Below, piece after piece: positions 1 through 12,900 of a stretch of DNA of 64,000 nucleotides. The first letter of the stretch is position 1, and every line of letters begins with the position of its first letter. The notes below the pieces were generated by a model. That model searched no databases and was not told the origin of the DNA. It worked only from the letters and a program-made list of their open reading frames with translations. A program made the position numbers and the translations under genes. The stretch comes from Antedon mediterranea (Eukaryota > Animalia > Echinodermata): positions 16,799,648 to 16,863,647 of the forward strand of contig NC_092673.1 of NCBI RefSeq assembly GCF_964355755.1. Direction: 5' to 3'.

Positions 1-169
1 ACACGCTGACCCCTAAATATAATCCCATTGTGAGTAGCTAACTCATCCTAAATTCTGTTTGCGTAGTGGCTAATGTCACAAACCGCATCTTCATCATCCT
101 TATTTATAGCCGAATCGGAAATTTGTATTGGTAATCGCGAAAGGGAGTCTGCAATTAATTTAACTCATT

Positions 170-3100
170 ACTTGGGTGTGTTGACATCATCTTTTGAAAA
201 CAAGATGGAGCTGATGATGAGCCAAAATAAACTGTACAAAAACGAAAAACACCATCATGTGTTATGAATGCTGTAAGGTCCCAACTATCAGAATCCAACT
301 CGAGCTGGTGGTAAGCAGACTAATTTAGAAAAATGAGTTGCCCCTTGGGTCTCACTTATTAGCTCTTCCACTATAGCTTCATTCGGTTTCCATAAATCGA
401 CACATATTCTGATGTTACTGTTTTTTTCCACGCTACTACTATAGGCGACACCCACTCAGAAGAATCAACTTTTTCATTGATGCCTTCAGAAACCACTGTA
501 ATTCTTCAGAAACTGCTTGCCGCACCGTAAATGGAAGTTTACGTAGTTTTTGTTAAACAGGTTTTATATCAGGACAAACTTTGACCTTATGTGTAAAACT
601 ACCTAGCCTTTCTGAAAACAAACATGGAAACTGTGATTGTACATCATTAAAAGTAGTCTCATAACATGAAAGTGTGCTCCCTTCAATATTGGGTAGTAAC
701 AAAGTGCGAGGCAGCGAGGCACGCGAGGCAGGGAAGGCATGCGAGGCAAGTAAGAAATTTATGCGAGGCATCGTTTTACCATCATCAAAAAATGCGAGGC
801 ATCATTTTATCATTTCTCAAAATTGCAAGGCAGGAAATCACCGAAATTGAAGTAGCCTAGGCCTAGGCCCGCTAGGCTAGTTTCCTTTTGCACCTGCCTT
901 GTATTTTAACCAACTTTATCCTGAATACCACAGCTTAGAATTAGTAGGCCTACTTTAATGAAGAAAAATCACATAAAAGTAACAATAAATCCATTAAATT
1001 GGTGATTTTACAGACGTTGTTTTTCTCGCATTTCGCACACTCAATGTTCAATATTTTGGTTTCTATGGAACGCCAAAAGAGCAAAATTAATTAGAGGGCT
1101 AAAAACTCTGTGGAATCCATTTATATTTAACGCATTATTTGGTGAAAATCAAGTACAATTTCAATAGATTTTGTCACTGTCAGTAAGGAAAAATGTTACT
1201 GTTCACCGGTGTACTGTTGATAATGTACACGGTTTCGGTAACCTTTTAAAGAATAAAATAGAAAAATTCATCATAATATCCTTAGTAGGATGTCCTAGGT
1301 CTAGACTAGGTAGTGATGTTGATTTAGGATCGATTATTATTCTTTGAAAACAGAACAGTATCAGCAGTAACATATTACAGCATTTTTATTGACAAATTAA
1401 CAAATATATATTTCACCAATAAATGCATGTGAAATTGACGCCTTCCACTGAGTTTTAGTCCTCTATTATCGTTGCTCTTTTGACGCTCCATAGAAACAAA
1501 AATATTGAACATTGAATAAGTGAAATTCGCGAACAGTGTGCGAGAAACACGCCTGTAAAATCATTAATTTAAGGATTTATTTGTTACTTTTTATGTGATT
1601 CTTTCATTAAAGTACTCATGAGGTATACTTCTAAGGTGTGGTATTCACACGATAAAGTTAGTTATCAAATTTGGAGTAAAAATACAAGCGAAGGAAACTA
1701 GCGCCAGGTTTATTAGTACGTACATGGACAACAATAAATAAAAATCGTTCGTAATATACCTAGCTTACTAAAACAGGAATAGTGTATCATTATTAAATAT
1801 TACACCAATTATTATTATATCAAAATTGATTAAATTATTTTCTACATAGGCCTCTTATCTAGGTTAGGGCTAAGCATATTAGCTAAAGTTTAATTTTAGG
1901 CCTAGTATTACAATTGTCGGACGTAAGTCTTTTTTCACACGCGCTCCAGAATTCTGTCGCAATTTTTTTCTTTGCGGCATGTTATTGGATCGCCATATCA
2001 GTTACCTTTTATTCACCGCCAGTTATTGAACTTGTCCTGGCAATCGCTGTTCACCTTATTTGCGAGAGAGGTACACGTGTTGTTCCTAGAGAATGGAATT
2101 TCAAAAATGTCTTTGGCACGCCGCTCAGAGAGAAGTCTGTGCGTTGCTGCTAAAACCACGTGCTATAGGAGGGGAATGCACCACAATCCTCTGAGCTGAG
2201 GGCTGAATCATTCCGCTACCTGCTAAATAGTACAGAGGGATTTTCCATCTCTCGGGTCTACCGGATCTAGGCGCAGGGGTGTGACAAAATATTATTTTCA
2301 CTCTGCTATGTTCGAGAGACATGTGAGTGAACACGCTCGAAATGCCAACAAACATTGCAGTCATTTGATGAGTGTGTCGCTATAACAATTATTGTTTATC
2401 GAAAGTTGAAGACTGTCGTTCAGATTTTTGAACCGTAGTTTGGGCACTTTTGTAAAAGTAAAATTTGACACGATATGACTTGAATGAAAAAACAATCGTT
2501 ACATAAAAATAAACAACATGATGAGTGTATACACGAATCTATTTAGATACGCTTGTATCGATTGATTATTAGGCCTATAATATAGCATAATAGCACGTTA
2601 AGATATGCCTCGCACCTTTTTGAAATTGTAAACTATATGCCTCGCATGCCTCGCACTTTTGGAAATGATAAAATAATGCCTCGCACAAATATTTGGCATG
2701 CCTCGCTTGCCTCGCTGCCTCGCACTTTGTCAACACTCTTCAATATTGATACCAAGGGCCTGTTAAAATATTGCCTTTTTCAACCACATAAAGTGTAGCA
2801 CATTCTGTATTGAATTTAACCTTAGCATTAAAACAGCCTACCCGTATTTATCTTATGTGTTGTGTAACTTTTAATTTGAGTTGCGCATTTGCCTAATTTG
2901 TTTCTAGCAAAATGTTTATCAAATAATTTAAGAGACAGTAAGGATGTGATGCTGTATCAAATATAAGTTGCATATCAATAGTGTTTATTTTGACAGACAC
3001 CATAACAGACTTCTTCCTTGAGGTAGCCATTGTACACAAAACATCATTTTCTGAATCACTTTATTGCAGTTTGTACTTGCAAACTCTAGTTTTTTAACTG

Positions 3101-3329
3101 ATGAATTTCGTCCATGGTATACACTAGCAAAATGCCCTCTCAGACCATAATGCTTAGCCTCACAGTCTGTAGAGTTTGCTAAATGTTTAGTACCATAGAT
3201 CCACACCTGTAACATCTCTTAGTGTTGGTATAACTATCATCAGGCCTTTCCGGGTATTTTTTAAATTTTGGCTTAGAGTTTAACCCCTGAGCAAGTGTTA
3301 TCTGGGTTCGTTAATGATACTCGTCGCCA
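170..3329 (-). pseudogene. Decayed Gypsy (Mag-like) LTR retrotransposon gag-pol remnant, interrupted by the insertion at 691-2738
   Basis: The minus strand gives PBS TGGCGACGAG (3320-3329, matching the tRNA-Ser(GCU) 3' end), zinc-knuckle remnants (CYRCGS, KHLANSTDC, GHFASV) and a protease-like VKINTIDMQLIFDTAS. It also gives RT N-terminal motifs FTHKVKV..KPV*QKLRKLPFTVR..SEWVSPIVVAWKK..IRICVDL and DLTAFITHDGVFRF..FGSSSAPSCFQKMM. Stops and frameshifts are present; the LTR boundary is unresolved. Confidence 0.85.
691..2738. mobile_element. Non-autonomous DNA transposon, MULE/Mutator-like (copy 1)
   Basis: Imperfect TIRs GGGTAGTAACAAAGTGCGAGGCA / TGCCTCGCACTTTGTCAACACTC with subterminal GCGAGGCA repeats. 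Perfect 9-bp TSD TTCAATATT (682-690, 2739-2747). A near-identical second copy is at 43964-49338. Confidence 0.9.
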
Positions 3330-3734
3330 ATTATGGTAGAGAGCAATAAAATAATACTAGAATAAACCGGTGGTTATTATTATTAGATTTTAATAACAGT
3401 CTTCTATTCCATCTCCTTTCCTACTACAGTACTCTACCAATGCGGTCTCCGCTACTGCCCTTATCGACAGACTATCGGATGCCACAGATGGTACCGTTTT
3501 GGTACTACCAGTCACGTATATCCTAATGAAATTTTGTGGAAGGAAATTGGCTAATGGAAAATCAAACGTGTTGGGGTAGGGCATAATCGTATCGGCCGCC
3601 AAACCTTTCTATTTGATCTAGGAAAGCTATGTGTTCTGTTGTTTGATAACCTGGCCAGGACAGATTCCTTTACGTTTTAATTTGTATAAATCTGCCTGTA
3701 TACACTTGTGACCAATTATTACTCATTTAAGCAT

Positions 3735-5958
3735 TTACTTGAACTTACTAAAATTGCAAACTGGTTTAATCTAATAAGCTTTCGTTAAATATTAAAAAAA
3801 AAACAAATTTATTATTTTTCGTTCAGTAAATAAACTAATCCCCCCCAACATTCCTAAATTATATTACGGCATCAGAGAAATTGAAAGAACAAAAGCAACA
3901 ACATTTCTTGGCATTTTTATTGACGAATACTTATCTTTTAGTTCTCATATCTATATATAAATTTACGTAAGGGCAAAATTCGGTAAATCGCGCGTTATTT
4001 CTAGAATGTTTACTCGATGGTATATAAAGTTGGTTCGTACTTTCGGTACTGATTTTAACCACCTGATGTAACCCTGTTTACTAATAAAATTGAGTTCGAT
4101 AAATAGTTATTGACGGTTAAAACGAATTTAGGTTCAACGATTTGCCCCAAATAGGGGTGTTTTTTGATCGTGGTATACACTGTCTAATGGATGTCCGTCT
4201 TGAAAAATACCCGCAGACAATAATACGAGGATGCTTCGCATTTTCCTATCTCCTCCTACGATAATTGTTTTTAATGGCTGAAAACCGGTTGAACAGCTCG
4301 AGTATAGCATCATAATGTTGAAGACAGGCCAATTTTCTTTAAAAAATACTATTTTGATAGATTTAATATACGTTTATACAAATGTATTGATTTGCGATGA
4401 ATGGAACATTCCAATCTCTGTTCCACAAGTGTCTATTCCCTCAGGCGTCGTAAAGGCAAGTACAGGTACTGTATACTCATAACAGAAATTCGATCGATTT
4501 TTTTTTTCAATCTGTGCTGCAGAGGTTGGATATAAATTTTTTTTAAACGGATAATGAGCTAGCGTTTTCACTCGCCGTATATTATGTACACATCTTTATT
4601 ATTGCAGTTAAACCACCCATATCATCACCCTTCCCTCACTGGCATGAGTAGCGTTGTAAAACCAGTAGAGGATAGGCCTACGGTACATCACATGCCCTAA
4701 ACGCAGAACAACTTTGGTGGGTAGGGGGTGGGTAGGGTAGGAACCAAACTTAGAATTTGCTCTAAGAAACAATGTAAAACCATTAGGCCTACTAATTAAG
4801 TTGAGTTAGATAATTTAATATTTATTGATGATTAAATCGAATTTATGATTTTCCCCGAATAGAGGTGGTTTTCACAAATTGTTTTACATCATATAAACAT
4901 ATATACGTCGTAGTGATGTATCGTTACATGTACTGTACTAATTCAATCGACTATGACGGTGATAGTTTCAACAAAGTATTAAATCGCAATGTTTTACTGT
5001 GTTTAGTGGTATAGTATTTGTAAAACATGAAAACAATAAATATTTCGTTAATAAATGGGTAAAGAATATATTTAAAAATTGTTCCTCTTTGCACCCATCC
5101 TCTTCCCATCCCTCAACCCAAATGTTACATACAAAACACAATTTAAGTTTGTTTAAATTTGACTTAAACAATTGGTCTCATTTTGTGACAAGTTTCTCTT
5201 TCGGAAGTAATTCCCAGGGTACTAATTTTACAGTACATAAATCAGTGTCTATTTATTCGTTCCTGTAAACGACATGTATTATTGTCCTGCGGTACGTACA
5301 TTTGAAATCGCCAGTTTTTTTAACGCTGAAATTATTATGTATTCGAGAACCATCTGTGGGCACGACCTAGATGGTACGCGAGCGAAGCGAGTGTACCATC
5401 TAGTTAATACAATTTCATTAAAACTATCAAGAGTGGTCGGTGTCCTCAATAAACTTAAACATGCCTTGCCTTCTTCCGTATTACTATTAATTTATAAATC
5501 ACTTTTTTTTCCACATTTAATTTATGGTATAACCGTTTGGGGTTTTTACTAATTTAAACCGTATTTATATTTTGTAAAAAAGAGCTTTAAGATCAGTTTA
5601 TAATGTACATTACCTCCACCATTCTGCTCCTCTTTTTGTCTTATCTAATACACTTAATATTTACGACTTACTTACAAAAAATGTTGCTTTATTTATGTTT
5701 AAATTCAAACATAATCAACTGCCCAGAATTGTTGATACTTATTATTTTCAAACTTTTAGTTCAGTTCATAATTATAATACCAGAAATAAATTAGATTATG
5801 CTTATGATTGTTTTAATACGGAGGTTGGCAAGCATGATATAACTTTTCAAGGACCAAAAATATGGAATTCTTTACCTGAAGAACTCAAAATTATTAATTT
5901 TATATCTTCATTTAAGTTCAAATTACATGAATACCTTATTTCTACTATTATTGTTTAA
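3735..5958 (+). pseudogene. 5'-truncated L2/CR1-group LINE ORF2 C-terminal remnant, split by a Helitron
   Basis: 3735-3949 encodes ELTKIANWF..NKLSLNIKK..IERTKATTFLGIFIDEYLSFSSH. From 5404 it continues INTISLKLSRVVGVLNKLK..IYKSLFFPHLIYGITVWG..HNYNTRN..FQGPKIWNSLP. Stops and frameshifts are present. Confidence 0.85.
3950..5403 (+). mobile_element. Non-autonomous Helitron
   Basis: 5' TCTATATATAAA and 3' CTAG, inserted between A and T with no TSD. The 3' hairpin is CTAGATGGTAC..GTACCATCTAG. Removing it restores the LINE frame (S-H-I-N-T). Confidence 0.9.
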
Positions 5959-6938
5959 GCTAATATATATCTGTCTTAAGTTAAATTATAACTGCATTTG
6001 TTAAGTTAAATCCACTTTTGGTTACCCGCAGGTGCTGATAGTACTTTTGTTCTGTTTTGTTGTTTTGTTTAAAAATTACAAAAAAAAATAAAATAAAGGA
6101 AGTGGGTAGTTTTGTTGTACTATAGTTGTTTTTAATGCTGATTATAGAAAGTTGTTATAGTGTTTCACAAATGTACAGTATATTCATAATCTTAAAACAA
6201 TATGATTAACATTAACAATAGTTACGATAACTAACTTATGCTTATTAATTATCCCAAGAGGTTCCCAATTATGTGTTGGGCCATTGGCACATGGTTGTTT
6301 CCTGTTCGGCCACATTTTTTTAAATATATATACTGTATATTTCTATATTGGAAACTTGCTTTTTTTCAGCCATTAGACTTTGATTAACCAATCTTGATTG
6401 GTCTATACTTTAGAACCAGGGAACTATTTTAATTAAATTGATAATCATCACCATGAAAAACATTTACTAGTTTTTGCTGCTTTTACAGTTTGAGTTTTTT
6501 TCCACAATTTGCGGATATTTGAAGAATATTTTGTAACAAATATTTTACAAAATTGTGTTGATTTCTTAAGGTGTTATTGTTGATTTTTGTGGTTTGCATT
6601 ATTTATTTGCGGTTTGACACAATTATCTTCCAAAATTTCTATTTTCTTGTTTCATTTTGATGACTTCATCATGTTAATATTTAGAATAAGTGGATCCTGT
6701 AATTTCCTCTATGCTACACTGTATACAATGTATCCTGCAAATACTGTATATAGATTACTACTGTATGATGACACAAAATAACACATTCCAGCACTGTGAA
6801 CATATTTACTTCATGTCATAAGAATGGTATAATCAATTTGCTGCACTCATTTTAACATGCATGCCTGTTGCTTTTGTGCAAATTTGTCCAAAGTGAGTTA
6901 GTAACATTTGTTTATATTGATGTTCATTCTTATTTCAG

Positions 6939-9900
6939 ATTTGAACCATAAACCACAGACTCATGTCTCATGGATGTAAGTATTTCTGAACTTTTTTATT
7001 AGTATTTGTTTAGGTTTATTATTTTGTGTGTAAATTGGTCATATAAGCACAGATAGAACACAACTTTATATTGTCATTTTGGAATTTACGTAATTGTATA
7101 TGTTTTATAACAGGCTTCAAAAGTATGTTTATGAAACTGTACATTTATATTCCACTATGACAGTATATAACGGGTTGGAAGATTTAAAAAAATCATCCTT
7201 GTCATAATTATTTCACCGAAATGATTTTTTAAATGATTATAATGCCTGCTGTATGTCACCATATCTTTAAATAGTTAGATTTATTTATAACACAAACACA
7301 TACTCATTTGAATTTTACATATTTTTTTTAGCCTGAAATGGGTACAGAATTTTTGTAATGGTAAGTAAGCCTTTCTATTTTTTACAATTCAGTTTTAAGA
7401 ATTAAAAATTTAATTTGAATATGTCATTGTCAAGTCAAGCTTTGTTTCTGTTTAAAAATGTATAATATAATTAGAAATAAAAAAATAAGAAATGTGTTCA
7501 TTATGTGAAGATAAGATGTGAAATCACATATTATAGGCATATAAATGAAAATAAGGCAGTACGAATAAGGAATCTATATTATTATCTATATTATAAGAAA
7601 GCGAGTTTGTATGCTTGTTTGTTATAAACGTTGCATACTGCACGCATTCATACACATGGGGTACCTAAATTGTACGGGGAATGTTTATGATTTATATCAA
7701 TATTTATTTTAGTTTGAATATTATCTGCCATCTTGGATCAAATGTAATGTCCTAAATGCGTATTAGATACTGGTGCTTGGCGTAATTAGGTACCTGTATC
7801 AAATGATGGGAATTGTACTGGGAAGGTTTTAAACTACACTAGGGTATAAAGTACTTGCTAGTTATATATAAGCACAAAATATGTGTAAAGGTTGTCAAAA
7901 TTCTAGAGAATTACACAATTGCACAAAATAAATAATTTCATATGGAGGGACAGACAGACACAGCCACAAATGTCTCATCAAGGTATAATCTTTGAAATCT
8001 ATAAAAAGTAGAAACAATTTCTCTTTCAGAGCACTGGTGGATCTTCTGTAGCTTTTTAGTTGCAGTCTTTGCAATCTCAATCTGTGTATTACCAACAAGA
8101 ATTGCCATAGGTATTTGGCTACTTCTTGTTGGAATTATCTGGTTTCTACATGATAAAGTGACCAAGTATCAAACTCACAAGACAAACGTTTCACATTACA
8201 AGAAGCTACCTGAAGGTAGGTAATATATGAGAGACAAAAGTTATATTTTATTTTATTTGAAAATAAAAAATAAAATACAAAACAGTGCAAAACAAATTTA
8301 AATAAATGGTCAACTTCAAGAGTATTAGTAAGCAGTAACCATGATTTTAACAAAATCTAGTATACAGTATTCACTACGGAGGCCCATAAGTTCCTATAAA
8401 GATATTTTGAAAAAGAATTGTAGGGATTGAAACAATATAAATTATGACTTTTTGATTACTGCAGATCAACGTATGGTATTAAATGTGAGCTCTGAAGGTG
8501 GAACTCTTCACCTCAAGGATGAAGACATAAAGTTGGTAATACCACCTGGAGCAATAGAAGAAGGAAAGGCAGTTAACATATCACTAGAAAATATTTTGGA
8601 GGAAATAGACATGCCTGTACTTCATCCTCATGAATCAATAATATCACCTATTGTTAAATGTGGACCAGAAGGCACCGTCTTCCACAAGCCCTGTTTACTG
8701 TCTTTTCGACACAGTGTTGTAAATGAAGAGTTTTGGAAATTTACATTACTTTTTAAAGAATGCTTTCAAGATAAATGGAGACAAATAGCATTAGAAAGCG
8801 ATAAAAAAGACATAAACTTTACTGTAGACAATGGTCAATGTTGTGTATCTTTAAATCATTTCTGTTCTAATTGTCTTTTGGGCTTTGAAGAGAAGAAGTG
8901 TTTAACGTTATTGACTTTTCAAAAGAGAACGAAAATGTCAGAAGGGGATTATTTGTTTCAACTTATAATACGACTTTGTAAACAGGAAGTGAAAAAGGTA
9001 ATTACTAATTTGATATTAGAGAGGTTTTGCAACGCTACGATAACGAAAACGGATACGTCATACACAGCTATTTGTTTTTGTAAGCCAGTAAAAATCTTTT
9101 TTGCATGGTAACGAAATATTGAGGGCGTCGTCCTGTATATGACTGCGGTCAATTTGAGCAAAACGCATTTTAGTAAATTACTTTTAGTAAATTACTTTCA
9201 ATAAATCTATAATTATATTATAATCATGAATCATTCCTGATTCAAATGCAAAATAGATCAAAAACTATACTCATTTTGTAGTTACGAATATGACTGGTGA
9301 TATTCGTCAACACAAATACGCTTTACTAATATGAAATGGGATCAGCTCAAAAGTTTAAAAAATGTGTGAAGTATCCGTTTTCGTTATCATATTTGTAATT
9401 TTCCAAAACCTCCCTAGGCGTTTGTTGTTCAGTAGGATTTAGTGGGGAGTTGGGAGGGGGCGTTTATTTGAGGGACGCGTTTATTCGGAGGAGATGCTTT
9501 TTATTTTAGTGTAATGGTAACATGTATAATCAAATAAATACCCCCTAGATATGAAAAAATACAACATAATTAATTTCAAGAAATGATAAAATACAGAAGA
9601 AATTGTATCAAAATGCTTGGTAAATTGCAGATCATGTCAATCAATGGATTCTACTACAAGTAATACAATATTGTGTATATGCATGTGGTGGGGCGTTAAT
9701 CGAGGAAATAAAGGCCCCAGGGCGTTTATTTGAAGGGGGAGGGGCATTTATTGAAAATGATGTGAAAACCTCCTTCTATAATAATGGGTCACCCCAAGGC
9801 TGACCCGAGGTCACGTGCGTTACTGACCGGTGCCGTAGCGGCCTCTTTGAATGAATGACATTAGACGGAACGGACGTAAATCGAGACTATGCTGTATTAG

Positions 9901-12900
9901 TACCAGCCCTACGCACGTTCCCTGGTGTTAGATACACTAGCCTATAGCCAGCAGGGTTTGTGTAAGCTTCCCGGCCTAGACTGAGCGGTATATAAGCCAG
10001 TTCTACGGTATATTGGAGGAACAACAGGTATTCACTGTGATTGAATAGGCTAGGCCTATAGTTTAAAGGGGGATTCTGGGTTTAAAATTGCTTTTAAATA
10101 TCGTTTATTTATTAAATAAAAAATATTATAACAATATAGACATGTCAGAATGAAGAAGTAATAACGAGAAATTAAAAAAATTAAATTTCATATACATTTT
10201 AGGGTAAATTCATGGAAAGTCTGTTTTTCAGCAGCTTGGGGAAGCTCATTAATATTCATGAGATATTCACAAAATTACGTATTCCAAACTCGCGACGTCA
10301 TGTACGTTGTGTTTGTCAACTAAAGGCTGGTTTCCTGTCGACGTAAGAAGTCGAATTTTGCAACGATTCTTGCGTTTCATACGTTTCTTACGTCTCTTAC
10401 GAAAGTTGAGAAAAAATTGACGTCGTTGACGTTAGTCAAGATCGTGTCGGGCCGCAGAGAAACATCTGTAGTTATGCTGCTCCCGAAAGTTGAAATTTTG
10501 GCTGTGAAACACACGTCGTATGCTTACGTCGATTTTAGTGTTGTTACGAAAGTTGAAAATTTTTTTCTTACGTCGGTCGGATTTATGACGTATTTGAAAC
10601 AACATCTCTGATTGGTGTTTCTTTTTAGAGCGGGTTTTATCATTTTTCGCGCAAAATGTTGAATGTTGTTATTGTAGCCTACCTGTCAGTGCAGCACACC
10701 AACATGTTATTTTCAGTAGATAAGCTAGGCCCTAGTATTAGTAAAATACTTAATTAATACTGTACGGTACCGTACTAATAGGAATTGATTTGACCAAATA
10801 ATCAAACTAGCCTAGGCTAGTAGGCCTATGTATTATTTGTATGAATCAAAATATGAATTAATTATCCTGGCCCTCTAGACCTAGCCTTAAATAGTTTTCA
10901 AAATAAAAAAAAGGCAAATCATTTCGAGATTCCTATTATTATTAGACCTACCTAGGCCCTAAACTAGGCATTGGCCTATTGGCCTATAAGCATATCTAAT
11001 CGAGCATGAGATAGTAGGCCTACTACCGCAGTAAGATACCCATTATTTACAGGCCTATAATCTATATATAAATTTACGTAAGGGCAAAATTCGGTAAATC
11101 GCGCTTTACTTCTAGAATTTTTACTCGATGGTATATAAAGTTGGTTCGTACTTTCGGTACTGATTTTAACCACCTGATGTAACCCTGTTTACTAATTAAA
11201 TTAAGTTAGATAATTAGTTATTGACGATTAAAACGAATTTAGGTTCAACGATTTGCCCCAAATAGGGGTGTTTTCCGATCGTGGTATACACTGTCTAATA
11301 ATGGATGTCCATCTTGAAAAATACCCGCCACAAAAATGCGAGGAGGCTTCGCATTTTCCTATCTCCTCCTACGATAATTGTTTTTAATAGCTGAAAACCG
11401 GTTGAACAGCTAGAGTACAGCATCATAATGTTGAAGACAGGCCGATTTTCTTTAAAAAATACTATTTTGATTTAATTTACGATTATACAAATGTATTGAT
11501 TTGCGATGAATGGAACATCCCAATCTCTCAGTCTGCCAGAGTTTGGTTTAACACAAGTAGGTAAATTTATGAGCCCTTGGTTTAACACATACGGTAGGTA
11601 AATATATGGGCCCTTTGAGAATAAACTTGAACAATACTGTAAATACATAATTACCTATTTTTGGTTCTCATTTGAATCGAACATTTCTTACTGTGAATGT
11701 TCGTACTGTTAGATGTAATATAAAAATATATACAAATAAACTTATTACTGAGATTGTGGATAGGCTTTACTGTTAGATATATAAACACATTATTATATAC
11801 AAATAAACTATACTGACAGTTCCTTCTCAACGTTTGTATTAATTAATAATTACCAAAAATATAAACGTCGTAGTGGTGTATCGTGACTATATTTCAATCG
11901 ATTATGACAGTGACAGTTTTAACAAAGTATTAAATCGCAAATGTTTTACTGTATTTAGAGGTATATTATTTATAGGCCTATAAAACATGAAAAAAATATT
12001 TCGTTACTGAGTGCATAAAGAATATATTTAAAAATTGTTCCTCTTTGCACCTATCCGCTTTCCCATCCCTCAACCCTAAAACTCCCTGATTAGAACATGA
12101 TTAGGCTAAAATTATAGTAGTAAATACATACAAATGTTATTGTCCGGCTTTATTTCACTATAAGGACATACACATTACGTCATAACTCTTGTCGCTCATT
12201 GGTTGCTTGTTACGATTGCGCTTACGTCTCTTGCGAAAGTTGACTTCAAGTCAACTTTCGTAAGAGACGTAAGAAACGTGACGCAAGGGCGTTCATTCAA
12301 GCGTAAGATAAAAAATCCCGGTTTCCTGTAAAATCGGAAGAAAACGTCGTAACGCAACAATTGTTAGGTCATCGGTTTCCTGTAAAATCGTTTGTCGTTA
12401 CCATTTTTCTTACGTTGCGTCGATTTTATAAATTTTCGATCGTAATCGGTTTCCTGTAAAATCCGCATTTCTTACGACAAATCGACGTAGTCGCAACAAA
12501 AGTGATGTTCTTACGTCGACAGGAAACCAGCCTTAATTTACATCTCTCTCCCCTGTCAAACGACGACCACCCGATAATTGTGAAATACATTTTTTTTAGA
12601 TTTTCTAAGCTAGGCCTAAAGTGTAATAATAACAGTAGTAGCATATATTTATTTGACATTTAATGAAATACAAAATTTAGTACAGATTACGGAGTCATAA
12701 ATTATACTATTTTTATACCTCTATAGTACAGATCGTATTATCGGCTTCACGTACAATACTACTCTAGGCCTAGCCTAATGGGCGAGAGCCATTCTGACTA
12801 GAGATTCCATGCCACGATGGCTACGTTAAAACAATGGGGCCCATGGGCCTAGAGCTAGCCTACTACTAGACGTTTGGCCCATAAATAACAAACCCATCCT

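Noticed and set aside
1914-2364. Small ORFs repeated at 48521-48974 (also 10417/13167, 10976/13889, 57544/60445)
   Set aside because: They recur only because they lie in recent repeat copies, and they have no recognisable domains.
8452-9111. Stand-alone 219-aa ZU5 ORF
   Set aside because: The TTG start is intronic and the tail after 8997 reads into an intron and MITE. The real unit is exon 8465-8997.
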